Source of the DNA: Desulfovibrionaceae bacterium
GTDB lineage: Bacteria > Desulfobacterota > Desulfovibrionia > Desulfovibrionales > Desulfovibrionaceae
Length of the DNA stretch: 28,529 nt
Assembly (NCBI GenBank): GCA_050255855.1
Contig: JBFWIY010000001.1
Location: forward strand, 1 to 28,529
Reading direction: 5' to 3'
Shown here: piece by piece, positions 18,617 through 26,124 of the stretch
How positions within the stretch are numbered: the first letter of the stretch is position 1
Layout: every line of letters begins with the position of its first letter
Made by a program: the position numbers and the translations under genes
Notes under the pieces: generated by a model
What the model was told of the DNA's origin: nothing
Databases searched by the model: none
The model's input: only the letters and a program-made list of their open reading frames with translations

Positions 18617-19501
18617 ATGTCCCGCATTCCGCATCGGACCGCCCGCTCCGCCGTCCCGGCGCTGCCGCCCGGGCTGCTCGCCGGGCTGCTGCTCGGCCTG
18701 TTCGCCGGCCTGTTCGTCGAGCTGTCGCTGGCCGCCCCGGCCCAGGCCGGGCTGCGCCGGGCCATGCCCTTCGCCCCGGGGGAGCGCCTGGTCTTCGACA
18801 TCTCCTGGACCGTGTTCCACGCCGGAGAGGCCGAGCTGGAGGTCCTGCCCTTCACCGACGTCAACGGCACCGCGGCCGCGCACTTCCGGGCCACGGCCCG
18901 GTCCAGCGAGTTCATTGACACCTTCTACAAGGTGCGCGATGCCATCGAGTCCTGCACCGACCCGGGCGTGGACCGCACGCTGGCCTTTGAGCAGCACCAG
19001 CGCGAGGGCGACTACGAGCGCGACATTCGTCTGGACTTCGCCTGGGACCGCAACGGCACGCAGGCCGGGCCGGGCCCCGGGGGCGTGGACCGCTTCGGCC
19101 GCCAGGGCTTCAAGCAGCACATCGCGCTGCCCGGGGACTGCCTGGATCCGCTGTCCGTGCTCTACCACTTCCGCACCCACTACCTGTTCCTGGACAAGCT
19201 GGTCTCCGGCCTGGTCACCGACGGCAAGAAGCTGACCACGGGCCAGGGCCGGGTCATCGGCCGCGAGACCGTCACCGTGCCCGCCGGAACCTTCGACTGC
19301 TGGGTGGTGGTGCCGGATACGCACGAGGTGGGCGGGGTCTTCGCCAAGAGCCCGGGGGCCGTGGTCACGCTGTGGTTCAGCGCGGACGAACGGCGCATCC
19401 CGGTGAAGATGAGCACCCGGGTGGTCATCGGCTCGGTGGTGCTGGAGCTGGTGCGCCTGGAGGGCGCGCCTGCCCCGGCCGCCCCGGCCGCAGCCCCGTA
19501 G
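18617..19501 (+). CDS. Exported DUF3108-like protein (about 294 aa)
   Basis: C-terminal part of ORF 18296..19501. Basic N-region, hydrophobic stretch and APAQA cleavage-like site, then PF.PGERL.FDISW...AGEA.L, YKVRD..ES, DPLS.LY..R, WFS.D.RRIPVK. Start uncertain because no clear RBS is visible. Confidence 0.75.
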   Translation: MSRIPHRTARSAVPALPPGLLAGLLLGLFAGLFVELSLAAPAQAGLRRAMPFAPGERLVFDISWTVFHAGEAELEVLPFTDVNGTAAAHFRATARSSEFIDTFYKVRDAIESCTDPGVDRTLAFEQHQREGDYERDIRLDFAWDRNGTQAGPGPGGVDRFGRQGFKQHIALPGDCLDPLSVLYHFRTHYLFLDKLVSGLVTDGKKLTTGQGRVIGRETVTVPAGTFDCWVVVPDTHEVGGVFAKSPGAVVTLWFSADERRIPVKMSTRVVIGSVVLELVRLEGAPAPAAPAAAP

Positions 19502-19522
19502 CCCGGCCCCCCCCTGCGCGGG

Positions 19523-19551
19523 TGGACATCCCCGCCCCGGCGTGGCACAAC
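19523..19551 (+). promoter_or_regulatory. Possible sigma70 promoter for rlmD
   Basis: TGGACA-N17-CACAAC with a TG extended -10 element; overlaps a 7-bp inverted repeat, CCCGGCG/CGCCGGG (19536-19557). Confidence 0.3.
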
Positions 19552-19604
19552 GCCGGGCCCACCCCAACCCCGCGGCCTTTGGCCCGGGCCCCCAAGGAGA
19601 CGCC

Positions 19605-20984
19605 ATGCCCCTCACCCCCGGACAGCGCATCGAAGTGCGCATCGAATCGTTGAGCTACGGCGGCCGGGGCCTGGCCCGGTTCGAGGGCCTGGCCGTGTTC
19701 GTCACCGGGGGCCTGCCCGGCAGCGTGGTGCGGGCCCGGGTGACCCGGGCCAAGCCCCGCTTCGCCGAGGCCGCGGTGGAGGCCGTGGTCACGCCGTCCC
19801 CGGACGCCGTGGCCCCCTTCTGCCCCCATTTCGGCCGTTGCGGCGGCTGCCTGCTCCAGGACCTGGCCTACCCGCGCCAGGTGGCCGAGAAGGCGCGCCA
19901 GGTGAGCGACGCCATGGAGCGCATCGGCCGCACGGCCTTTGCGGAGGTCCGGCCGCTGCTGGCCTCGCCCGAGGAGCGCGGCTGGCGCAACCGCATGGAG
20001 TTCGCCTTCGCCGGGTCCGGGGCGGGCCTGCTCCTGGGCCTGCGCGAGGGCGGCAGCCACGCCGTGGTGGACGTCACCGGCTGCGGGCTCATGGCCGGGC
20101 AGGCCATGGAGATTTTGGCTGCGGCCCGGGCCTTCTGCCGGGCGGGCGGGGCCCCGGCCTGGGACCCCAAGACCGACCGCGGCTTCTGGCGGCACCTGGT
20201 GCTGCGCCGCTCCCGGGCCACGGGCGAGTTCCTGGCCAACGTCATCACCACCCCGGCCGGGCGCTGGCTGGACCAGGGCCGGGCCCTGGGCGAGGTCCTG
20301 CTGGACCGCTTCCCCAAGCTGGCCGGGTTCGTCCACTCGGTGCGGCGGGACCGCAAGGCCCTGGCCTTCGGCGAGCGGACCGTGGCCCAGCTGGGCCGGG
20401 ACGCCATCGAGGAGCGCCTGGAGGTGGACGGCCGCAGCGTGGTCTACCGCGTGGGCCCGGAGGGATTCTTTCAGCCCAACAGCGCCGCGGCCGAACGGCT
20501 CTACGGCCTGGTGCGCGAGCTGGCCGGGCTCACCGGGACCGAGACCGTGGCCGACCTGTACTGCGGCTCGGGCGGGGTGGCCCTGGCCCTGGCGGACCGG
20601 GCCCGGGCGGTGGTGGGCGCGGACGCGGTGGAATCCGCCGTGGCCGAGGCCCGGCGCGCGGCCCGGGACAACGGGGTCCTGAACTGCCGTTTCGAGGTGC
20701 TGGACGTGGAGCGCGCGCCCTGGCCCGCGGACCTTCCCGCCCCGGACGTGGTGGTGGCGGACCCGCCGCGCGGCGGGCTCACCGAGGGGGCCCTGGACCT
20801 GGCGACGGGGCTGGGGGCCAAACGGCTGGTGCTGGTCTCCTGCGACCCGCCCGCCCTGGCCCGCGACGTGGCCCGGCTCACGGCCGCCGGGGCGTGGACC
20901 CCGCAGGTCCTGGCCGGGGTGGATCTCTTCCCGCACACGGCCCACGTGGAGGCCGTGGCCCTGCTCACCCGGTCGGAGGGCTAG
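19605..20984 (+). CDS. rlmD: 23S rRNA m5U1939 methyltransferase RlmD/RumA (TrmA family), 459 aa
   Basis: AAGGAG RBS then ATG 19605; N-terminal TRAM domain, CPHFGRCGGC [4Fe-4S] motif, RNRMEF, FFQPN, DLYCGSG, DPPR.G, VSC, DLFPHT.HVE. Confidence 0.9.
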   Translation: MPLTPGQRIEVRIESLSYGGRGLARFEGLAVFVTGGLPGSVVRARVTRAKPRFAEAAVEAVVTPSPDAVAPFCPHFGRCGGCLLQDLAYPRQVAEKARQVSDAMERIGRTAFAEVRPLLASPEERGWRNRMEFAFAGSGAGLLLGLREGGSHAVVDVTGCGLMAGQAMEILAAARAFCRAGGAPAWDPKTDRGFWRHLVLRRSRATGEFLANVITTPAGRWLDQGRALGEVLLDRFPKLAGFVHSVRRDRKALAFGERTVAQLGRDAIEERLEVDGRSVVYRVGPEGFFQPNSAAAERLYGLVRELAGLTGTETVADLYCGSGGVALALADRARAVVGADAVESAVAEARRAARDNGVLNCRFEVLDVERAPWPADLPAPDVVVADPPRGGLTEGALDLATGLGAKRLVLVSCDPPALARDVARLTAAGAWTPQVLAGVDLFPHTAHVEAVALLTRSEG

Positions 20985-21472
20985 TCCTCCGGCTCCGGGG
21001 CGGCGGGCGGGCAGCCCGGGGCGGCCGCCCCAGGATTCAGGTGGTGGCGCAGGCGGATGGCCATCACCGGGCAGGGGGAGATGTGCAGCAGGGTGTGGGC
21101 GTTGGACCCGAAGATGAGCCCGCCCAGGTTGCTGCGGCCCTTGGAGCCCATGACGATGAGGTCGGCCTCGCGGCGCTGGGCCGCGTCGGCGATGGCCTCG
21201 GCCGTGGGCCCCTCCAGGATCATCTCGTCAAAGGCCACTCCGGCCTTGGCCATCATCTCCCGGTAGGGGGACAGGCGGTGCTCGGCCTTCTGGCGCATCT
21301 CGTCCGGAATGGTCTGGTAGGGCGGCTCGTCGGTGACGATGGCCTCGCCGCGGTAGACCGTCACCAGGATGACCCTGGCCCCGGTGGCCTGGGCCAGGGC
21401 GACGGCGTATTCGGCCGCATTCAGGGAGTGCTTGGAACCATCCACGGGAAGAAGGATCTTGCGGAAGGGCAT
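20981..21472 (-). CDS. Universal stress protein (USP family, ATP-binding type), 163 aa
   Basis: FRKILLPVDGS.HS..A, G...EAI...A......DLIVMGSKGRSNLGGLIFGSN, CPVM; AAGGAG RBS. Confidence 0.95.
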   Translation of the reverse strand: MPFRKILLPVDGSKHSLNAAEYAVALAQATGARVILVTVYRGEAIVTDEPPYQTIPDEMRQKAEHRLSPYREMMAKAGVAFDEMILEGPTAEAIADAAQRREADLIVMGSKGRSNLGGLIFGSNAHTLLHISPCPVMAIRLRHHLNPGAAAPGCPPAAPEPED

Positions 21473-21520
21473 GGGGGCTCCTTGGGGTTGGGCGGCGGCG
21501 GGGCCTGGGGGATGTGCGCC

Positions 21521-21549
21521 AAGGTAGCGGCTTTCCGCCTGCCCCGCAA
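21521..21549 (-). promoter_or_regulatory. Probable sigma70-type promoter of the USP gene
   Basis: Minus strand TTGCGG (21549-21544)-N17-TACCTT (21526-21521), about 50 bp upstream of the USP ATG. Confidence 0.5.
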
Positions 21550-21642
21550 CCCCGGCCGGGCGATTTCGGACGGCCGCTCTTCTAATGATGGGGACAATCC
21601 CGGGGGGATGGGATAGGGGTGGACCAAAGAGGAGGCCCCCCC

Positions 21643-23271
21643 GTGCCCCACGACGATCCCTCTGCCGTCTCCCCCGATGCCGGGACCGAACGGCCCCACG
21701 GTCCCCATGCCACCGAGGCCCTGAGCGAGAACATCGCCTGCGTCTGGGATCACGGCGAGTTCGTCTACCGCGTCGGCGTCATCGGCACCGGCCCGGGCTT
21801 CATGTCCGTGCTGGACCTGGCCGAGAACCCCATATTCCGCGAATTTCTGCCCGAGGTGCAGATCGTGGGCATGGCCGAGCCCGGGTCCAACGCCGCCAAG
21901 CTCGACTACGCCCGGCGCATGGGCGTGCCCCTGTACGAGAGCGCCGAGGCCCTGCTGACCGCCCATCCGGAGATGACCCTGCTCCTGGACCTCTCGGGCC
22001 ACGCCTCCCGGGCCGACGACCTGCGCCGCCTGCTGAAACCCACGGTGAGCCTGCTGCACCAGGACGCCGCCGTGTTCGTCTGCGGCCTGCACGACATGGC
22101 CAAGTCCACCAGCTTCTGCCGCATCAACCTGGACCGCCAGCGCGTGCTTCTCCAGGCCATCATCGACGAGGTGCGCGAGGACATCCTGCTCCTGGACCGC
22201 GAGGGCCGGGTGGTGGACATGAACCGCCACGTCTGGCAGCGCACCGGCCGCACCAAGGAGGCCCTCATCGGCAAGCCCTGCTGGGAGGTCATGACCAAGG
22301 CCGACGGCAGCCTGTTCTGCCCGGCCCGGGACGAGCACTGCCCCATGCAGGCCTGCCTGGCCTCGGGCCGGGAGGAGGAGGCCATGCTCACCCGGGTCTC
22401 CGAGGACGGGCGGCTGCTCTATTTCCGGGTCTATGCCTACCCCATCCGCAGCCAGGGCCAGGGCCTGGGGCATGTCATGATCATGCACCGCGACATCACC
22501 GCCCGCACCCAGCGCGAAAAGAACGAGCAGCAGACCGATAAACTGGCCCTGCTGGGCGAGATGAGCACCTACCTGGCCCACGAGATCCGCAACCCGCTCA
22601 TGGCCATCGGCGGGTTCACCAACTCCCTGCTGCGCTCGGAGAACCTCACGGACAAGGAGCGCGAGAAGCTCTCCATCGTGGCCGAGGAGACCAAGCGCCT
22701 GGACCGCATGCTGGGCAGCATCCTGAACTTCGCCCGGCCCACCAAGTGCGAGGCCGCGGAGGTGGACCTGGCCGAGGCCGTGCGCGAGACCCTGGAGCTC
22801 ATGCAGGTGGGCTACGAGCCCCAGGGCTACCGCTTCCGGGTGGCCCTGGCCCCGGACCTGCCCATGGTGCGGGGCAACCTGGAGCTCATCAAGCAGTGCC
22901 TGGTGAACATGATCAAGAACGGCATCGAGGCCATGCCCGGCGGCGGGGAGATCCGCATCGTCACCGGCCTGGAGCGCGACCTGGCCTTCCTGCGCGTGTC
23001 CGACGACGGCTGCGGCATGTCCGAGGCCGACCTCAAGAAGGTCTTCAGCCCCTTCTACACCACCAAGGAGCGCGGCTACGGCCTGGGCCTGGCCATGATG
23101 AAGAAGGTGGTGGAGGAGCTGGGCGGGCACATCGACCTGGTGAGCCGCGAGGGCATGGGCACCACCGTGACCCTCTACTTCCAGGCGGTGCTGGCCGGGG
23201 CCGACGGCGTGGCCGGGCCCACGCTCCCGGAGCCGGGCGGCAACGGCGCGCCCAACGCCTTCCGGCCCTAG
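21643..23271 (+). CDS. Cytoplasmic sensor histidine kinase: Rossmann-like N-domain, PAS, HisKA, HATPase_c (about 542 aa)
   Basis: GTG 21643 has an AGAGGAGG RBS (ORF-track start is 21619). H-box LAHEIRNPL, N-box QCLVNMIKNGIEAM, G1 DDGCGM, F-box FSPFYTTK, G2 GYGLGL; PAS IIDEVREDILLLDREGRVVDMN...HRDIT; no TM segment seen. Confidence 0.93.
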   Translation: MPHDDPSAVSPDAGTERPHGPHATEALSENIACVWDHGEFVYRVGVIGTGPGFMSVLDLAENPIFREFLPEVQIVGMAEPGSNAAKLDYARRMGVPLYESAEALLTAHPEMTLLLDLSGHASRADDLRRLLKPTVSLLHQDAAVFVCGLHDMAKSTSFCRINLDRQRVLLQAIIDEVREDILLLDREGRVVDMNRHVWQRTGRTKEALIGKPCWEVMTKADGSLFCPARDEHCPMQACLASGREEEAMLTRVSEDGRLLYFRVYAYPIRSQGQGLGHVMIMHRDITARTQREKNEQQTDKLALLGEMSTYLAHEIRNPLMAIGGFTNSLLRSENLTDKEREKLSIVAEETKRLDRMLGSILNFARPTKCEAAEVDLAEAVRETLELMQVGYEPQGYRFRVALAPDLPMVRGNLELIKQCLVNMIKNGIEAMPGGGEIRIVTGLERDLAFLRVSDDGCGMSEADLKKVFSPFYTTKERGYGLGLAMMKKVVEELGGHIDLVSREGMGTTVTLYFQAVLAGADGVAGPTLPEPGGNGAPNAFRP

Positions 23272-23384
23272 CCGGGGCCGGGCCAGATCCCGGGTCGGAT
23301 TCCGGACCGGGGCCGCCGCGGGCCTTTACCTCGGCCGCCGGGCGGGGTAGGGCAGAGGGAACGCTGCCCTCCCCCGGAGAACCC

Positions 23385-24629
23385 ATGTCCATAACCATCC
23401 GCAAGAGCCTGTTGGAGCTCGTGTTTTCCGGCTCGTTCATGAAGCGCTGGAACGACAAGCTGCGCCCCATGGAGCTGGTGGAGGTGGACAAGCAGGCCCA
23501 CAAGATGCTCACGGCCTGGGTGCTCTTCGCCCTGTACTCCCGCGACATGGACGTGGAGGAGCGGCGCAGCCTGGGCGAGCTGGTGGTGGAGGGCGGGCTC
23601 TTCGAGTACCTGCACCGCCTGGTCATCACCGACATCAAGCCCCCGGTCTACTACCGCATCAAGGCCAACCGGGCCGACTACCGGCGGCTCATCGAGTGGG
23701 TGCTGGGCAAGCTCGCCCCGCGCATCGCCCTGCTGGGCGAGGACTTCGCCTCCCGCATGCGCGACTGGCTCCTGGACGGGGACGAGTCCGCCCCGGCCCG
23801 GCGCATCCTCAACGCCGCCCACCTCTACGCCAGCTATTCGGAGTTCAAGATCATCCGCGGGCTCAACCCGGACGGCTTCGAGATGGAGGAGATCGAGCAG
23901 AGCTTCGAGGACCGCCTGGGCCGGCTCAAGGACCTGCCCGGGGTGGCGGAGCTGCTGGACCCGGCCAGCGTGCTCGGCCGCTTCGCCGCCACCTGCGGCT
24001 ACCTGCGCTTCCAGAAGCGCTGGAGCCAGACCCCGCGCGTGCCCGAGACCACGGTGCTGGGCCACATGTTCATCGTGGCCTGCTTCGTCTGGTTCTTCAG
24101 CCGGGAGGTGGGGGCCTGCCGCGCCCGGCGGCAGAACAACTTCTTCGCCGGGCTGGTGCACGACCTGCCCGAGCTCCTCACCCGCGACATCATCTCCCCG
24201 GTGAAGTCCTCGGCCCCGGAGATCGCGGACCTCATCAAGCAGTACGAGCTCAAGGAGTTGGAGCGCATCATCCTGGCCCCGCTGCGCGGCGGCGGCTACC
24301 AGGACATCGCCGACCGCTTGGCCTACTTCCTGGGCCTGGAGGCGGGCAGCGAGTTCGCGGCCACGGTGATCCGCGACGGCCGGGTGGAGGTGGTGGACTC
24401 GGCCCGCCTGGCCGGGGAGCTGAACCGCGACGAGCTGGACCCCAAGGACGGGGAGCTCCTCAAGACCTGCGACCGGCTGGCGGCCTTCATCGAGGCCTCC
24501 ACGGCGCTGAAGAACGGCATCAGCTCGGACCAGCTCTACCAGGCCTGCTTCCGCATCCGCCAGTTCTACGAAAAGACCCCGGAGGTGGCCGGGGTCCACG
24601 TGAGCGCGCTGCTGGCCGACTTCGACTAG
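23385..24629 (+). CDS. Tandem HD-domain (YfbR-like) metal-dependent phosphohydrolase (414 aa)
   Basis: True start MSITIRKSLL at ATG 23385 (GGAG RBS), within ORF 22746..24629. C-half KRWSQTPR.PET.VLGH, GLVHDLPE, RDIISPVK, CDRLAA.IE; N-half is a degenerate copy beginning MKRWND. Confidence 0.85.
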   Translation: MSITIRKSLLELVFSGSFMKRWNDKLRPMELVEVDKQAHKMLTAWVLFALYSRDMDVEERRSLGELVVEGGLFEYLHRLVITDIKPPVYYRIKANRADYRRLIEWVLGKLAPRIALLGEDFASRMRDWLLDGDESAPARRILNAAHLYASYSEFKIIRGLNPDGFEMEEIEQSFEDRLGRLKDLPGVAELLDPASVLGRFAATCGYLRFQKRWSQTPRVPETTVLGHMFIVACFVWFFSREVGACRARRQNNFFAGLVHDLPELLTRDIISPVKSSAPEIADLIKQYELKELERIILAPLRGGGYQDIADRLAYFLGLEAGSEFAATVIRDGRVEVVDSARLAGELNRDELDPKDGELLKTCDRLAAFIEASTALKNGISSDQLYQACFRIRQFYEKTPEVAGVHVSALLADFD

Positions 24630-25237
24630 CCGCGCTCGGCCGCCAGGTAGTAGCCCAGGTCGTCGTCCTCCAGGCTGCGCACCGCGAATCCGGCCTCATC
24701 CAGCATCCGGCGCATCCCGGCCTCGTCCGGCAGCAGGTCGCGCTCCACGGCCGTGCCCGCCTTGCGGTGCACGTCGTTGACCTGCGCCCGGGTGATGAAG
24801 TGGGACACCACCAGGGTCCCGCCCGGCCGCAGCAGCCCGGCCAGCCGCGCCAGGGCCGCGGGCTGGTCGTCGAAGTGCGGGAAGACCTGGTGGCAGACCG
24901 CGATGTCGAAGGGCGCGCCGCAGTCCGGGCCCAGGTCCTCCAGGGCCGCGGTGCGCACCGTCACCCCGGGGTGTCCGGCCAGACGTTCCCGGGCCCGGGC
25001 GGTCATGCCCGCGCTGATGTCCAGGGCCGTGATCCGGCCGCCCGGACCCACGGCCCGGGCCAGCTCCAGGGTGAGCCGCCCGGCCCCGCAGCCCGGCTCC
25101 AGCACCCGGGCCCGCCACAGCCCGGGCAGCAGCCCGAGCAGCCGGGCCAGCTTGGCCGCCTCGTCCGGGCCGTAGTCCCGGTCGGCCCAGGGGGCCGTGG
25201 CCTGCGCGTCGAAGAACCGGGCCTTTTCCTCGTTCAT
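24626..25237 (-). CDS. Class I SAM-dependent methyltransferase (203 aa)
   Basis: Last 203 codons of ORF 24626..27433; ATG overlaps the permease stop (ATGA), AAGGAG RBS. VLEPGCGAG motif I, ALDISAGM, FDIAVC..VFPHF, LRPGG.LVVSH. Confidence 0.9.
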   Translation of the reverse strand: MNEEKARFFDAQATAPWADRDYGPDEAAKLARLLGLLPGLWRARVLEPGCGAGRLTLELARAVGPGGRITALDISAGMTARARERLAGHPGVTVRTAALEDLGPDCGAPFDIAVCHQVFPHFDDQPAALARLAGLLRPGGTLVVSHFITRAQVNDVHRKAGTAVERDLLPDEAGMRRMLDEAGFAVRSLEDDDLGYYLAAERG

Positions 25238-26115
25238 TTGCGGACTCCTTGCGGCCCAGGCGCGGCCGGGCCGGAATAGATCTGCTCCAGGCGGTCCCGC
25301 CGGGTGAGGGAGCGTTTTTTGGGCGAAAGCGCGGCGCAGGCCACGAAGAGCAGGGTGGAGGTGAGCACGATGACCGCGCCCGAGGGCACGTCCAGCCAGT
25401 AGCTGAGGGTCAGGCCGATCCAGCAGGCCGCCACCCCGAACCCGGCGGCCAGCCAGAAGATCTTTTTGAGGTCCCAGGAGAGCTGGTAGGCCGCGGCGGC
25501 CGGGTTGATGATCAGGCTGTAGATGAGCAGCCCGCCGATGCTCTTGAGGGAGGCGGTGATGGTCAGGCCCGTGGCCAGGAGCATGGCGTAGTACACCGCC
25601 GTGGCCGGGACCCCGGCCGCCCGGGCGATGGCCCGGTGGCAGAGCACGGCCCGGATCTCCTTGAAGAAGAGCGCCAGCCCGGCCAGCAGCAGGGCCGCCA
25701 CCCCGCCCATGAGCCAGAGGTCCAGCTCGCGCACGGTGAGGATGCTGCCCCAGAACAGGTTCAGGGCGTCGGTGCGCGGCCCGGTCATGAGCCCCAGGAA
25801 CAGGAAGGCCAGGCCCACCATGGCCGAGAACACGATGCCCACCACGGTCTCCGGGGCGAAGTCCGCCCGGTCCGACAGGGGGCCGATGATCCCGGCCGCG
25901 GCCAGGCTGAAGACCAGGGCCGGGGCCAGCCAGTCCACCCCGAGCAGGATGCCGAGCAGGGCCCCGGCAAAGGCGGCGTGGGCCATGCAGGTGCCGATGG
26001 CGGTGATGCGCATGGTCACCACCAGCACGCCGGTGACGGCGCAGGAGGCCCCGCCCAGCAGGCCCGCCAGGTAGGCGTGGCGCATGAAGCCGAAATCCAG
26101 AATGGCGAGATCCAT
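25234..26115 (-). CDS. Metal ABC transporter permease (ZnuB/MntB-like, ABC-3 family), 293 aa
   Basis: Polytopic; F.FMRHAYLAGLL, MAHAAFAG, LFWGSIL, IGGLLIYSLIINPAAAA, DVPSGAVIVL. Confidence 0.9.
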   Translation of the reverse strand: MDLAILDFGFMRHAYLAGLLGGASCAVTGVLVVTMRITAIGTCMAHAAFAGALLGILLGVDWLAPALVFSLAAAGIIGPLSDRADFAPETVVGIVFSAMVGLAFLFLGLMTGPRTDALNLFWGSILTVRELDLWLMGGVAALLLAGLALFFKEIRAVLCHRAIARAAGVPATAVYYAMLLATGLTITASLKSIGGLLIYSLIINPAAAAYQLSWDLKKIFWLAAGFGVAACWIGLTLSYWLDVPSGAVIVLTSTLLFVACAALSPKKRSLTRRDRLEQIYSGPAAPGPQGVRK

Positions 26116-26124
26116 GCCGTCTCC

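Noticed and set aside
19543-19557. TGGCAC suggesting a sigma54 -24 box upstream of rlmD
   Set aside because: The -12 element is missing (TGGCAC-AACGC-CGGG rather than TTGC).
21581-21586. TCTAAT as a -10 element for the kinase gene
   Set aside because: No -35 or extended -10 element at the proper spacing; too weak to call.
176-24599. Many long antisense or alternate-frame ORFs (e.g. 445..2493+, 3023..4606+, 6732..8072+, 10532..11983+, 12957..14021+, 16085..17545-, 21421..23130-, 23268..24599-)
   Set aside because: They mirror recognisable genes codon for codon or are Arg/Pro/Gly/Ala-rich, and show no family motifs. These are expected shadow ORFs in high-GC3 DNA where stop codons are rare.
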